From Armatimonadota bacterium (GTDB lineage Bacteria > Armatimonadota > SYMT01): a DNA stretch of 64,000 bases. The notes under the pieces were generated by a model. That model did no database searches. It was not told where the DNA came from and saw nothing but the letters and a program-made list of their open reading frames with translations. Position 1 is the stretch's first letter. The number at the start of each line of letters is the position of its first letter. This document shows positions 1 to 9,971 of the stretch, piece after piece. A program made the translations under genes and the position numbers. Location of the stretch: contig JAWLHY010000003.1 of the NCBI GenBank assembly GCA_041690135.1, forward strand, positions 928,001-992,000. Reading direction: 5' to 3'.

Positions 1-1633
1 GGGTGAGGCTGCTCTTGTCGTAAGACGTATACAGCAGCACGCAGCGCGCGGGCAGCCCGTCGCGACCGGCTCGCCCTGCCTCCTGATAGTAGGCCTCCAG
101 GCTCCGCGCGAGGTTGTAGTGGACCACCAGCCGGACATCCGCCTTGTCCACGCCCATGCCGAAGGCGACCGTAGCGGCCATCACCCGGATCTCGCCCAGC
201 ATGAATCGGCTCTGGACCCGGTCGCGGGTGTTCTTATCCAGGCCTGCGTGGTAACCTTCCGCGGGGATACCTTCGGCGCGCAATTTCTCTGCCAGTTCCT
301 CCACCAGCTTGCGCCGGTTGGCGTAGATGATGACCGCGCCCTTCTCGGACCGCACTAACCGCAGCAGGTGCTCCCATTTCTCGGGCTCGCTGCTGTGGCG
401 GTGAACTTCGAACTGGAGGTTGGGGCGGAACGTCCCCAGGTTGTGGATCTGCAGCGGCACGTCCAGTTGTCGCCCGATATCCGCCTGCATCTCCGGCGTG
501 GCGGTCGCCGTCAGCGCGAGGACCGTCGGCCGCCCCAGGTCGCGCAGCACCTGGCGGATGAAGAAATAGTCCGGACGGAAGTCGTGCCCCCAGAGCGACA
601 CGCAGTGGGCCTCGTCGATGACGAACAGGGAGACGCCGCGCCGCTCCAGGGCGCGCACGAAGCCGCGCTGCCGCAGCCGCTCCGGGGCGGCATAGATCAG
701 CGAGACCTGCCCCCGCGCGATCCGCTCCATCCGGCGCTCCGCTTCCCCCGGCTCCAGGGCGCTGTTGATCAGGGTGGCGCGGCGGTAGAGGGCCGGAGGA
801 AGGCCGTCCACCTGATCCTTCATCAGGGCGATCAGCGGTGAAATGACCACCGTGGCTCCGCCCAGCAGCGCCGCCGGAAGCTGGAAGCAGATCGACTTCC
901 CCGCTCCCGTCGGCATCAGGCCGAGGACCGACTCTCCACGCATCAGCGGTTGAATCACCTCGAGTTGCCCGCCGCGGAAGTCGTCGTAGCCGAACACCTG
1001 CTTCAGGGCGGCGCGCAGGCCCTCCGCGTCCGTGGGTGGGGGGCCGGAGGGCAGGTCGGACTCGGAGGTCCCCAGCGCCTCCATCACCTCGGCCCGCTCG
1101 GCCTCCAGCAGGCCCCGCAGGCGCGCGGCGATCGGATCCCAATCTTCTCCCAGGCGTCGGAGTGCTTCCAGGCGCACCGCTTCGATCTCCGGGTTCTCCG
1201 AGGGGTCCGCCGGCAGCAGCTTGAGCGCCGTGGCGGGCTCCCCCAGCATCAGGTGCGCGCGAGCCCGGCCCACCAGGTCCGCGGCGGCCCGGAACCTCTC
1301 GTCGGCGCGGTGCGGTTTTTCCAGGGCGAGAAAAACCTCCGCCACCGCCATGTGTCCCCACCGGCCTGCTTCGGGAGTGTTCACCAGCTCTCGAGCGAGG
1401 TCCCGCGCCGCCTCCACCCGTCCCGCCGCCAGCAGGGCGCAGCAGCGGTCGAAGCGGTGCAGCGGACCGGGGTCCTTCTCCGGCAGCAGGTCCAGCACCG
1501 AGGGCGGCGGAGGACCGTTATGGCGCCACCGCAGGAAGAACCGGACGACCTGCCGCCGCAGCCCGTCCGGTAAACTGTCCACCGCCTCCGGGGTCAGCCC
1601 CAGGGTCTCTATGCTCAAACTCGACTCGCTCAC
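1..1633 (-). CDS. recQ: RecQ family ATP-dependent DNA helicase with ~200-aa helical (TPR-like) N-terminal extension; 3' end runs off the window
   Basis: Manual minus-strand translation (frame not in ORF track): LKQVFGYDDFRGGQ, MPTGAGKSICFQLP (motif I), LFVIDEAHCVSLWGHDFRPDY (motif II), ALTATA, VATVAFGMGVDK, YYQEAGRAGRDG. GTG start at 1633 is in frame. Confidence 0.93.
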   Translation of the reverse strand, partial: MSESSLSIETLGLTPEAVDSLPDGLRRQVVRFFLRWRHNGPPPPSVLDLLPEKDPGPLHRFDRCCALLAAGRVEAARDLARELVNTPEAGRWGHMAVAEVFLALEKPHRADERFRAAADLVGRARAHLMLGEPATALKLLPADPSENPEIEAVRLEALRRLGEDWDPIAARLRGLLEAERAEVMEALGTSESDLPSGPPPTDAEGLRAALKQVFGYDDFRGGQLEVIQPLMRGESVLGLMPTGAGKSICFQLPAALLGGATVVISPLIALMKDQVDGLPPALYRRATLINSALEPGEAERRMERIARGQVSLIYAAPERLRQRGFVRALERRGVSLFVIDEAHCVSLWGHDFRPDYFFIRQVLRDLGRPTVLALTATATPEMQADIGRQLDVPLQIHNLGTFRPNLQFEVHRHSSEPEKWEHLLRLVRSEKGAVIIYANRRKLVEELAEKLRAEGIPAEGYHAGLDKNTRDRVQSRFMLGEIRVMAATVAFGMGVDKADVRLVVHYNLARSLEAYYQEAGRAGRDGLPARCVLLYTSYDKSSLT

Positions 1634-1644
1634 TCGCCCAACTA

Positions 1645-3027
1645 TCATCCACCCGTCGTGGGGAGGGTCTCCAACTCGTGTCGAATCCCCGGGCTCACGG
1701 TCAGCGGATAGTTCTCCGGATCATCCAGTCGCCGGACCGCCGCGGGGAGCGCCTCTCGCTGCGCCTGCGCGCGGGCCCCAATCTCTGCGATAGTCGGCAG
1801 CGGCCGGATCAGGGCTCCATCCCGGAGGACGGGAGTCAGGAGCGGTTCTCCCTCCAGCACCTCGGTTGCCAGGGCCAGGGTATCGCCGATGAAGAACCCC
1901 TCCGCATCCCGGTGGCGGAACACCTGCTTCACGTCCGGGTAGGTTTCTTTCTCCGGGCTGAACTTCCGTACCGGGCGCCGATGCCCGTCTTCATCCACTG
2001 CTACTAGCTTGTACACGCCCCCCAGGGCCGGGGCGTCGCGGGAAGTCATCAGGTCCGTGCCTACCCCAAAGAGGTCGATGGGCGCGCCCGCCGCCGCCAG
2101 TTCAGCGATGCTGGTTTCATTCAGGTCGCCGCTCGCCACGATGACCGCGTCCCGGCAGCCGGCTTCGTCCAGGATCCGGCGCACCTCGCGGCTTAGAGAG
2201 AGCAGGTCGCCGCTGTCCAGCCGCACGCCGCGGAGGTCCGGCCCCAGCGACGCGGCCCGCCGGGCGCCCTCGAGCGTGTCGTAGGTGTCGATGAGCAGGA
2301 TGGCGTGCTGCGGGAAGACCCTCTGGAACGCGCGGAACGCCTCCAGCTCCTTTTCGAACGCCATCGTGAAGCTGTGGGCGGCGGTGCCGTAAACCTTCAG
2401 CCCGAACACCTGCCCCGCCAGCACGTTGGAGGTGCCCACACAACCCGCGAGGCAGGCCGCGCGGGCCCCGTAGAGCGCCGCGTCGAACCCGTGCGCCCGC
2501 CGCGCACCGAACTCAATCACGCCTTTGCCGCCGGTCCCGCCCGCCGCGTCCACCACCCGGGCCGCCTTCGAGGCGATCAGGGTCTGATGGTTCAGCGTGG
2601 CCAGCAGGAACGTCTCCACCATTTGCGCCTCGATCAGCGGCGCCTGGATCCGCAGCAGCGGCTCGTTGGGGAACGCCACCGTGCCCTCCGGCATGGCATC
2701 CAGGTCCCCCCGGAAGCGGAAGGCGCGCAGGTACTCCCAGAAGCCGTCGCTCACCGCGCCGAACACCGGCAGCGTCCGGAGGTGGTCGATGCTCTCCCCG
2801 CTGAAGCTCAGGCCCTGAAGATACTCCACGGCCTGCTCCAGCCCGGCGACCAGCAGGTAACCCCGGTTGGGCGGCAGCTTCCGGACGAACAACTCGAACG
2901 CGGCCTGCTCCTGGCCCATGCCGTTTTCAAAGTAGGCGGCGGCCATCGTGAGCTGGTAGAGGTCGGTCGCCAGCCCCAGCTTGCCGGCATCGGAGAGGAG
3001 GCCCAGGGTTCCCTTGCGTGCGTCCAT
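1645..3027 (-). CDS. pncB: Nicotinate phosphoribosyltransferase
   Basis: TDLYQLTM, EFGARRAHG, GTAAHSF, LIDTYD, VRLDSGD, GVGTDL, GGVYKL motifs; ATG at 3027 preferred over the ORF-track start. Confidence 0.95.
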   Translation of the reverse strand: MDARKGTLGLLSDAGKLGLATDLYQLTMAAAYFENGMGQEQAAFELFVRKLPPNRGYLLVAGLEQAVEYLQGLSFSGESIDHLRTLPVFGAVSDGFWEYLRAFRFRGDLDAMPEGTVAFPNEPLLRIQAPLIEAQMVETFLLATLNHQTLIASKAARVVDAAGGTGGKGVIEFGARRAHGFDAALYGARAACLAGCVGTSNVLAGQVFGLKVYGTAAHSFTMAFEKELEAFRAFQRVFPQHAILLIDTYDTLEGARRAASLGPDLRGVRLDSGDLLSLSREVRRILDEAGCRDAVIVASGDLNETSIAELAAAGAPIDLFGVGTDLMTSRDAPALGGVYKLVAVDEDGHRRPVRKFSPEKETYPDVKQVFRHRDAEGFFIGDTLALATEVLEGEPLLTPVLRDGALIRPLPTIAEIGARAQAQREALPAAVRRLDDPENYPLTVSPGIRHELETLPTTGG

Positions 3028-3170
3028 GGCAGTGCCCGTTCCCTTGCAGCAACAGAGACGCCCCCCGCGCGGCTCCCCTCGCATCCGCAATGGACCGGGA
3101 AAGGCCGCGCCGGGGGGCGTCGAAACCAAGATAAGGCCGGAGACAGGTCGGGGACTTCAGCCCCGAGGGC

Positions 3171-3422
3171 TTACGCCCAGTTGAATCGCTCCGAGAGAAT
3201 GTAGAGAATCGCGCTAAGCACCATGAAGGTGAACGCCACGTAGCGCGTCCATTCGGAGAGCTTCTCGTCCATGCCGGCTCGGCCGCGGAGGGAGGGTCCC
3301 GAGGAGCCGCCCACCACCCCCAGACCTTCATGCTTGGAGGTTTGCATCACCACCAGACCGATCAGGACCAGGCTGACGAGGAAGTGGATGAAATAGAAGA
3401 GATACTTGACGACGTCGGGCAT
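3171..3422 (-). CDS. secG: Preprotein translocase subunit SecG
   Basis: 83 aa, two TM helices, LVVMQTSKHEGLG..GG loop, EKLSEWT before TM2. Confidence 0.9.
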   Translation of the reverse strand: MPDVVKYLFYFIHFLVSLVLIGLVVMQTSKHEGLGVVGGSSGPSLRGRAGMDEKLSEWTRYVAFTFMVLSAILYILSERFNWA

Positions 3423-3464
3423 GGGAACTCAGGTGCCTTTCGCGCGGGTTGGGGTACTGTGCGG

Positions 3465-3493
3465 AGTGTAGCAGATGGGTGGGGGCGTGTCAA
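3465..3493 (-). promoter_or_regulatory. sigma70-type promoter of secG
   Basis: Minus strand TTGACA-17 nt-TACACT with TGn extension. Confidence 0.75.
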
Positions 3494-3529
3494 CGGTGCG
3501 GGCCGCGGGAGACGTCTCCGGGCTGGGAG

Positions 3530-4405
3530 CTACTCCCCGATGGAGCGTTCCCGCAACTCGATCTGGTAGCAAAGGCTCTTGACCGCCAGCATCAGCGATT
3601 CGACCAGCTCCGAGTCTTCCCGGTAGTCCACCGGCGCCAGGTTCGACACGCGTTGTCCCTTCCCCACGTCGGACTGCGGACCCCACTTCTCCCGCGTACT
3701 CTGCTTGTACAGGCCAATGGAGATGCCCTTCTCCTGATGCAGGAGCGAAAAGCAGGGGACATCGGTGAGACCATCTCCCACGTAGATGAGCTGGTTCAAC
3801 GGCACGTGCAGCTTCTCCTGGGGCACCTCGTGGTTCACGGAGAACGGTTTGCCCACGCCCTCGCGGTGCGGGAGACCCCGCGATACCTGGTAGAGGTAGC
3901 GCGTCTTTTCCGTGTGGGAGATGATGCGTTTGACGAAGCGCACCGCTCCGCTCTCATCGTAATCGAACTCGCAGGCCCAGACGTGCTGGAACTCGGCGGC
4001 GATCGGCGTATTCCGAATGATCTCTCCGATCCCACAGCTCACCAGGTAGAACTCCACCTCCACGTCGGGGTTTGTTTCGTGGACCGTCCACCGCACCCGG
4101 TCGAAAAGTTCCGGGACTCCGGTGAAGAGGGCGTACTCGCGCCCACTCGCCGCCAGACGCTCGCGGGTCACCCGATCATCTTCCGGCCGGCTGCGAGACT
4201 CTTCAATGAGGGTGCAAAACGCGGCCGGGATGGGATCCCAGCCTTCCGCGATCCGGGGGTGGACGCGCTGGGACCAGAAGCTCTCCGGATCGATCCCCAG
4301 ACTTTCCACGAAACAGCTCATCGTGTCCGGTCCGAGGGTACCGTCGAAATCGAAGACGATCGCAATCCGGCGGAAGAGGGGGCGGGTGTTGCGCTGCCGG
4401 TTCAT
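3530..4405 (-). CDS. HAD-superfamily hydrolase
   Basis: FDFDGTL motif I, YLVSCG motif II, KTRYL, YVGDGLTDVPC motif IV. Confidence 0.9.
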   Translation of the reverse strand: MNRQRNTRPLFRRIAIVFDFDGTLGPDTMSCFVESLGIDPESFWSQRVHPRIAEGWDPIPAAFCTLIEESRSRPEDDRVTRERLAASGREYALFTGVPELFDRVRWTVHETNPDVEVEFYLVSCGIGEIIRNTPIAAEFQHVWACEFDYDESGAVRFVKRIISHTEKTRYLYQVSRGLPHREGVGKPFSVNHEVPQEKLHVPLNQLIYVGDGLTDVPCFSLLHQEKGISIGLYKQSTREKWGPQSDVGKGQRVSNLAPVDYREDSELVESLMLAVKSLCYQIELRERSIGE

Positions 4406-4457
4406 CCCAGAAGATCTCCTTAACGGCCTCCTCTTACCCAACTCCAGGCCGCTGCGA

Positions 4458-4530
4458 TCCGCGAATGAGACGAATGGACGCGAATGCTGGGGAATCCGGC
4501 TCCCGCCATTGCGAATGAGACGAATGGACC
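4458..4530. repeat. Duplicated GCGAATGAGACGAATGGAC unit (sibling at ~50130-50160)
   Basis: Two copies here; a similar GCGAATGAGGCGAATGGACG copy follows phoU. Confidence 0.7.
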
Positions 4531-4580
4531 GAGATTGGGAGCCTTTGGCCTCAGATTTTACCGTGGAGGACGGATCGTCC

Positions 4581-6407
4581 CTACTGCGGGGAAGACGGAC
4601 ACTCGTCGGTTTTCATGAGGCGGAGGAAGACGTCCGCGATCTCCGGGTCGAAGTGGGTGCCGCGGTTCCTCTCGATCTGCGCGAGGGCCTGCGCGCGGGG
4701 GAGTGCCTTGCGGTAGGGGCGGTGGGTAGTCATGGCGGAGTAGACGTCCGCCACGGCCAGGACGCGCGCAATGAGGGGGATGGATTCCCCGGCGAGCCCG
4801 TCCGGGTAGCCGGTGCCGTCGTACCGCTCGTGGTGGCCGCGCACCCCCTGGATCACCTCCGGCCGGCCGGGAAGTGAGCCCACGATCAGCGCGCCGATGA
4901 CCGGGTGCTGGTTCATGACCCGGGTCTCTTCCGGCGTGAGACGGCCGGGCTTGCGGAGGATGCGATCCGGAATGCCGATCTTGCCCAGGTCATGGAGCAG
5001 TCCGCAGAGGTGGATAGAGCGACACAGTTCGTCGTCCAGGCCCAGCTCATGGGCGATCTGGAGCGCGTAGGCGGTTACCTCTTCGCTGTGGCGCCGGGTG
5101 TAGCGGTCCTTGTTGTCGACCGCGATGACCAGGGAGCGAAGTAGGTCGAAGCCCTCCACCGCCAGCAGACGGTCGTCCATCACGTCCAGCGTGCGGGCGG
5201 TGATCTTACCGCGTCCCTGCGACTTCGCCGCATAGAGGTTGGCATCCGCGACCGAAACCAGGTCCAGAACCTCGTTTGCGTCACCCGGGCAGTTCGCCAC
5301 CCCACAGCTCACATAAACCGGTACATGGGAGGCCACCCCTTCGGAGAAATGCTCGTTGGCGAACCGTTCCTGTACGCGGCGCGCACCGGCCACCGCCTGC
5401 TCCAGCGAGGCTCCGGGAAGGATCACCAGGAACTCGTCCCCTCCGTAACGCGCCACGATGTCGGTATCCCGGAAACAGCGCCGGAGCACCTGGGCCGTTT
5501 TCCGCAGCATGGCGTCGCCCGCCGGGTGACCGTAGGTGTCGTTGAACAATTTGAAGTTGTCCAGATCAAGCATCAACACGCTCACGGGCGTGCGGGTCCG
5601 GGTCAGCTGTTCCACTTCCAGGTAGAGCCTCTCGAAGGCGTACCGGTGGTTATAGAGGCCGGTCACCGGATCGAGGTCGGCCCGGCGTTCCGCGTCGGAG
5701 ACGAGGCGGGCGTGGTGGAGCGTGGCGGCGAGGTCGTTGCCGACCGCGGAGAGAACGACTCCATCCTGGTCGTCGAAGGGAAGATCGCAGCGCAGCACGG
5801 AGAGAAAGCCGAGATCATCGGCGCGCCTGCCCACCCGCACGCTAAGGCAGTGGGCGTCGCCGCCATCCGCCCGGCGGAAGCGATGGGACCGGGGACCGGC
5901 ATCCGCAAATACCATCTCCTCACGGACCGCTTCCAGAAGGGAGTCGCAGAGCTCGTGGGAGTCCAGGCCGCACTCCATCGTTCGCCGGAGCGTGGTGTCG
6001 CCTGGGGTGCCCGGAAGCCACGTGACCGCCGCGTCGGCCTCCATGCCGGTACGGATCTGCCGCAGTGCCGTCTCCAACGTCTGTCCCACGTCGGGCGAGC
6101 CACTGAGCACTGACACCACATCCCCCACCACTCCCAGTTGCTGCTCGCGGTGGCTTACCCGGCGCTCCAGATCGCGGATGCGCCGGCTCTGCCGGAAGAG
6201 TACGGTTCCCAAGAGAACCAGTCCGAGAAGCAGTGGCGCGAACCCACCCCCCGGCCCCGCGACAAAGGCACGCATCAGAAACGCCACTCCGGCCACGACC
6301 AGGAGTGCGTTACCCAGGGGGCTCAGCCCTCCGCATGCGGCCGAGGGGTCGGTCGTTTTGCGGCCGGGAGCCAGGGCCGCATCGACGGTTGGGTCCATGA
6401 GGGTCAT
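4581..6407 (-). CDS. Membrane-anchored GAF-like / GGDEF / HD-GYP protein (diguanylate cyclase-phosphodiesterase)
   Basis: 2 TM; RDTD I-site + YGGDEF; HDLGK and HHERYDGTGYP. Confidence 0.93.
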   Translation of the reverse strand: MTLMDPTVDAALAPGRKTTDPSAACGGLSPLGNALLVVAGVAFLMRAFVAGPGGGFAPLLLGLVLLGTVLFRQSRRIRDLERRVSHREQQLGVVGDVVSVLSGSPDVGQTLETALRQIRTGMEADAAVTWLPGTPGDTTLRRTMECGLDSHELCDSLLEAVREEMVFADAGPRSHRFRRADGGDAHCLSVRVGRRADDLGFLSVLRCDLPFDDQDGVVLSAVGNDLAATLHHARLVSDAERRADLDPVTGLYNHRYAFERLYLEVEQLTRTRTPVSVLMLDLDNFKLFNDTYGHPAGDAMLRKTAQVLRRCFRDTDIVARYGGDEFLVILPGASLEQAVAGARRVQERFANEHFSEGVASHVPVYVSCGVANCPGDANEVLDLVSVADANLYAAKSQGRGKITARTLDVMDDRLLAVEGFDLLRSLVIAVDNKDRYTRRHSEEVTAYALQIAHELGLDDELCRSIHLCGLLHDLGKIGIPDRILRKPGRLTPEETRVMNQHPVIGALIVGSLPGRPEVIQGVRGHHERYDGTGYPDGLAGESIPLIARVLAVADVYSAMTTHRPYRKALPRAQALAQIERNRGTHFDPEIADVFLRLMKTDECPSSPQ

Positions 6408-6697
6408 GGTGAAACGAGGCCGGGAAGCGAATGCCGAATGGGAAAGATGGGAGAGGTGGCCCCGGCTTCCTCCCGTTCGGGCGGGCGAGGAGTTTCTTTG
6501 TGACTAGATAAATGCCGGTGCGAATCCGGGTGTTGAAAGGCAGGCGAACCTCCGGGCGAGCACCCGGGAGCCTGCGATGGATAAGGATGAGGATGAGCGG
6601 GGAGGGATCAGGATTGCGAACCGGGTGGAGGAGGGGGAGACCCGACAGCGGGGAGAACGGAAGAGTGAGAGAGTCGGAGTTGGGAGTAGGAGACGTT

Positions 6698-7819
6698 ATG
6701 CCTGAGCCTCTTCGCATCGGCGTATTGGGCGCCGGAAGCATTGGGATCCGGGGCGCGCTGGTTCATCTCGCCGTGGGGGACTTCGCCGACCGCGCCGTGG
6801 CGGCGGCGGTTTGCGACACCGTGCCGGGTCGCGCCGCGGCCGCAGCGGAACGATTCGGCGTGCCCCAGGCGTTCGAAAATTACGACGCGATGCTCGCGAG
6901 CGGCGACATCGACGCGGTGACGATCGGCACCCCCATCGCGCTCCACTATGAGCAGGGAGTGCGGGCGATCGAGGCGGGCAAGCACGTCCACTTCAACAAG
7001 ACGATGACCACGACGGTAGCAGAGGCGGACGACCTCATCGCCCGCGCCGCGGCGCGTGGGGTGAGAATCGTCTCGTCGCCGGGCCAGATGCTCCGGCCTC
7101 TTTATCGTCGCATTCGGGAACTCGTGCGGGAAGGCGTGCTGGGCCGCCTGGCCTGGGCGGCAGTGGGGTCGGCATTCGGCACCTATCACGAAAAGGAAGG
7201 CGTGCGGCAGGGAGACGATCCGCTCAGCAACATCAACCCGGCATGGTACTGGCGCAAGCCCGGGGGCGGCCCGCTGTATGACATGACGGTCTACGGGCTC
7301 CACACCCTGACGGGAATCCTGGGTCCCGCGCGCCGGGTGACCGCCATGTCCGGAACGCTCCTGGCGGAGCGGGAGTTCCGCGGCGCGACCTACCCGTGCG
7401 ACTGCGATGATAACACGCTGATGCTGCTCGATTTCGGAAACTCGCTGTTTGCGTTCGTCTACGGCGTAGCGGCCGGCTCGATCGTGACGGGCCTGGGAAG
7501 CCCGAGTTTCTTCGGCACGCACGGCTCGATCGTGGGCGACGCGTTGAACGGAGAACCGATCGATTATCCGGGGCGCAGCCGGGTCCAGGAAGCGGGGATC
7601 AACGCCGTCTTGCCCCACTACAACCGCCGTCACCCAACCGAAGAATTCCACGTGTTCGAGGATCTCCTGCAACTCGTCGACTGGGTGCGCGAGGGAACGC
7701 CCACCGTGGCCACCGCCGAGCACGCGCGCCACGTGATCGACATCATCGAAAGCGCCTACCGCGCCGCCGAGACGGGCGTGACGCAGGAGTTGAAAACCAC
7801 CTTCGCCACGAGGCTGTGA
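6698..7819 (+). CDS. Gfo/Idh/MocA family oxidoreductase
   Basis: LRIGVLGAGSIG Rossmann motif, GKHVHFNKTM, GGGPLYDMTVY; AGGAG RBS before ATG 6698. Confidence 0.9.
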   Translation: MPEPLRIGVLGAGSIGIRGALVHLAVGDFADRAVAAAVCDTVPGRAAAAAERFGVPQAFENYDAMLASGDIDAVTIGTPIALHYEQGVRAIEAGKHVHFNKTMTTTVAEADDLIARAAARGVRIVSSPGQMLRPLYRRIRELVREGVLGRLAWAAVGSAFGTYHEKEGVRQGDDPLSNINPAWYWRKPGGGPLYDMTVYGLHTLTGILGPARRVTAMSGTLLAEREFRGATYPCDCDDNTLMLLDFGNSLFAFVYGVAAGSIVTGLGSPSFFGTHGSIVGDALNGEPIDYPGRSRVQEAGINAVLPHYNRRHPTEEFHVFEDLLQLVDWVREGTPTVATAEHARHVIDIIESAYRAAETGVTQELKTTFATRL

Positions 7820-8050
7820 AGTGATTCACATCCCCTGCATGTGAAAGTACCGGGCTGGATACGGCACCTAAGCTAGGAGCCCGGAGAAACGAAGAAGACA
7901 GCCGGCAGGCTTTAGGTGGGGCTGCAGGCAGGGGTTATCCCGGCGGCATCTCGAACCGATATACTTACAGGCATTCCTGAGGCTGCGGCGATCAGAGCCT
8001 GCGGGCATAGGCAACTCGAAAGCGCGAGATAGGGGAGACAGGTAGCGGTT

Positions 8051-9670
8051 ATGGCCACTCTTTATTCCATCGGGATCGACTTCGGCACCGCCAATAGCTG
8101 CGTGGCGTTTGCCAGCTATACGGACCGCGGAAACGGCGTGGTGGATCCCGACCCCCTGCACCGGCCCGAAGTCGTTACCTTCCACGGACGCGACATCGTG
8201 CCCACCGCCCTTCACCTGGGCGATGGGCAGCAGCAGCCGCCCACCTTCGGACGCATGGCCGAGGAGCGAGGCGCGGTGGACCCGGCGCGGCTTTACACCG
8301 GGTTCAAGCTGAACCTGGGTCACCCCGAGAAGGGGCAGGACGCCTTCCTGATGGCGAAGTACTTCCTGCGCTACCTGCGTCAGCGGGTGGAGCAGTACGT
8401 TCCAGTGAAGGCCAATAACCCCGGCGAGCGCGTGGAGACGATCGTCGGCCACCCCGTCCAGTGGAGTGCCGATCAGCGGGAGGCCACGCTCCGGGCGGCC
8501 CAGGAGGCCGGCTTCCCCAATGTGCGCCTGGAAGAAGAGTCGCTGGCCGCGCTCTACTGCCACGCCTTCGACGAGCGCAGCGGGTTCACGCTCCGGCCCG
8601 GCAGCTACGTGCTGACCATCGACATGGGCGGGGGCACGACCGACTTTGCCTTCCTTCAGATTCCGGATGACCCCACGCAGCGGCCGATCTCCATTCCGGT
8701 CCACCCCAGCCCCTCCGAAGGTCGTACCTACGGCGGCCGCGACCTCGACCGGATGCTGCTAAGCTATCTCTCCCGCCATTGGGATGCCGATCTGGTCCGC
8801 GAGAACGCGCCGTTCCTCATCCGCGAGATCCGCGCGTTCAAGGAGGCCTTCTCCAACCATATCAGCGAGGGTGCGTTCCAGTACGACAACAAGATCGCGC
8901 TTGGGGACACGCTCCAGCGGGTTTCGTTGGGCAAGGCGGAGTTCGAAGACCTCGCGGCCAACTACATCAACTTCTTCTCCGTGCTGGTGCAGGGCGCCGT
9001 GGAGGAGGCCAATCTCCAGCCCTCGCAGGTGAGCCACATCATCCTTACCGGCGGTCACTCGCGCTGGTACTTCGTGGAGAAGACGCTGGGCGAAGTATTC
9101 CCGCACCTCTGGACGGCGGGTCACCGAACCATCTTCCGCCACACCCACCCGGAGCAGAGCGTGGCGCGCGGACTCGCCTACGATCCCCTGGTGCAGTCCA
9201 ACCGGGCCGGCCTTCTCTCACCCATGCGCCGCGCCACCCATGCCGTGTGGCTCGACATTCCGGAAGGGGTGCGCGAGGAGCCGATCCTGCTCATCCCGCG
9301 CGGCCAGCTCTTGCCGTTCCAGACCACCACCCCACTCAAGTTCCAGGCCGAGACCATGGCCACGGACCAGAAGCAGACCACGGTCCGGGTCAGCTTCCTC
9401 AGCGGGCAAAAGAAGCTCCCGCTCATCGACCGCTCCGCCACCTTCCAGCGCGGGTTCTGGGAGCAGGTGACGAAGTCGATCGCCGGGTTCATCTCCCGCG
9501 GCAACATGGATCAACGCGACCGGTTCGAGATTCAGGTCGACCTCTCCATCGACGAGCACGAGTTGATTATCGCGGAGATGATCGTGACCCGGTTCCTGGG
9601 TGGCCGCGCGGTCGACGTGCAGACCCGCACCATGCAGGTGAACGTCGGGTTGGCAATGGAGGCGACCTGA
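8051..9670 (+). CDS. Hsp70-family (DnaK-like ATPase) protein with non-canonical C-terminus
   Basis: GIDFGTANS, TIDMGGGTTD, GGRDLD, ILTGGHSR, SVARG motifs; no helical lid; not canonical dnaK. Confidence 0.88.
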   Translation: MATLYSIGIDFGTANSCVAFASYTDRGNGVVDPDPLHRPEVVTFHGRDIVPTALHLGDGQQQPPTFGRMAEERGAVDPARLYTGFKLNLGHPEKGQDAFLMAKYFLRYLRQRVEQYVPVKANNPGERVETIVGHPVQWSADQREATLRAAQEAGFPNVRLEEESLAALYCHAFDERSGFTLRPGSYVLTIDMGGGTTDFAFLQIPDDPTQRPISIPVHPSPSEGRTYGGRDLDRMLLSYLSRHWDADLVRENAPFLIREIRAFKEAFSNHISEGAFQYDNKIALGDTLQRVSLGKAEFEDLAANYINFFSVLVQGAVEEANLQPSQVSHIILTGGHSRWYFVEKTLGEVFPHLWTAGHRTIFRHTHPEQSVARGLAYDPLVQSNRAGLLSPMRRATHAVWLDIPEGVREEPILLIPRGQLLPFQTTTPLKFQAETMATDQKQTTVRVSFLSGQKKLPLIDRSATFQRGFWEQVTKSIAGFISRGNMDQRDRFEIQVDLSIDEHELIIAEMIVTRFLGGRAVDVQTRTMQVNVGLAMEAT

Positions 9671-9707
9671 AGTGGCGCCCCAAGCGGACACTGGAGAAGC
9701 ATCACCA

Positions 9708-9938
9708 ATGGACGCAGCCTACGAGAAGGCACGACAGATCGTTGACAAAGAGTGGACTGCCTTCGGTTGGTCGAAGGCCGACCGAGAGGCAGAGGACGAT
9801 CTGGTTGAGCTGTTCGAAGATCTAGTTGCAGGAGGGCGGCTCCCCGAGGAAATTCTCGCCGAGTGGAGTACTCTTACTGCGGAACAGATTCTGTCTCAGT
9901 ATCGGACGACCCAAACGACCTTAGCGCGCTCAGCATAG
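9708..9938 (+). CDS. Small acidic helical hypothetical protein
   Basis: ORF after the Hsp70 gene with GGAG upstream of ATG 9708; lower GC than neighbours. Confidence 0.55.
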   Translation: MDAAYEKARQIVDKEWTAFGWSKADREAEDDLVELFEDLVAGGRLPEEILAEWSTLTAEQILSQYRTTQTTLARSA

Positions 9939-9971
9939 AGCGAAGCCGGCTCTCCCCGTATCAGCAACCCC

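Noticed and set aside
234-1361. 375-aa ORF and other long shadow ORFs in the track
   Set aside because: Alternative-frame or antisense artefacts of high-GC genes; the real frame here is RecQ.
3030-3170. tRNA downstream of secG
   Set aside because: No cloverleaf, T-loop or CCA end seen.
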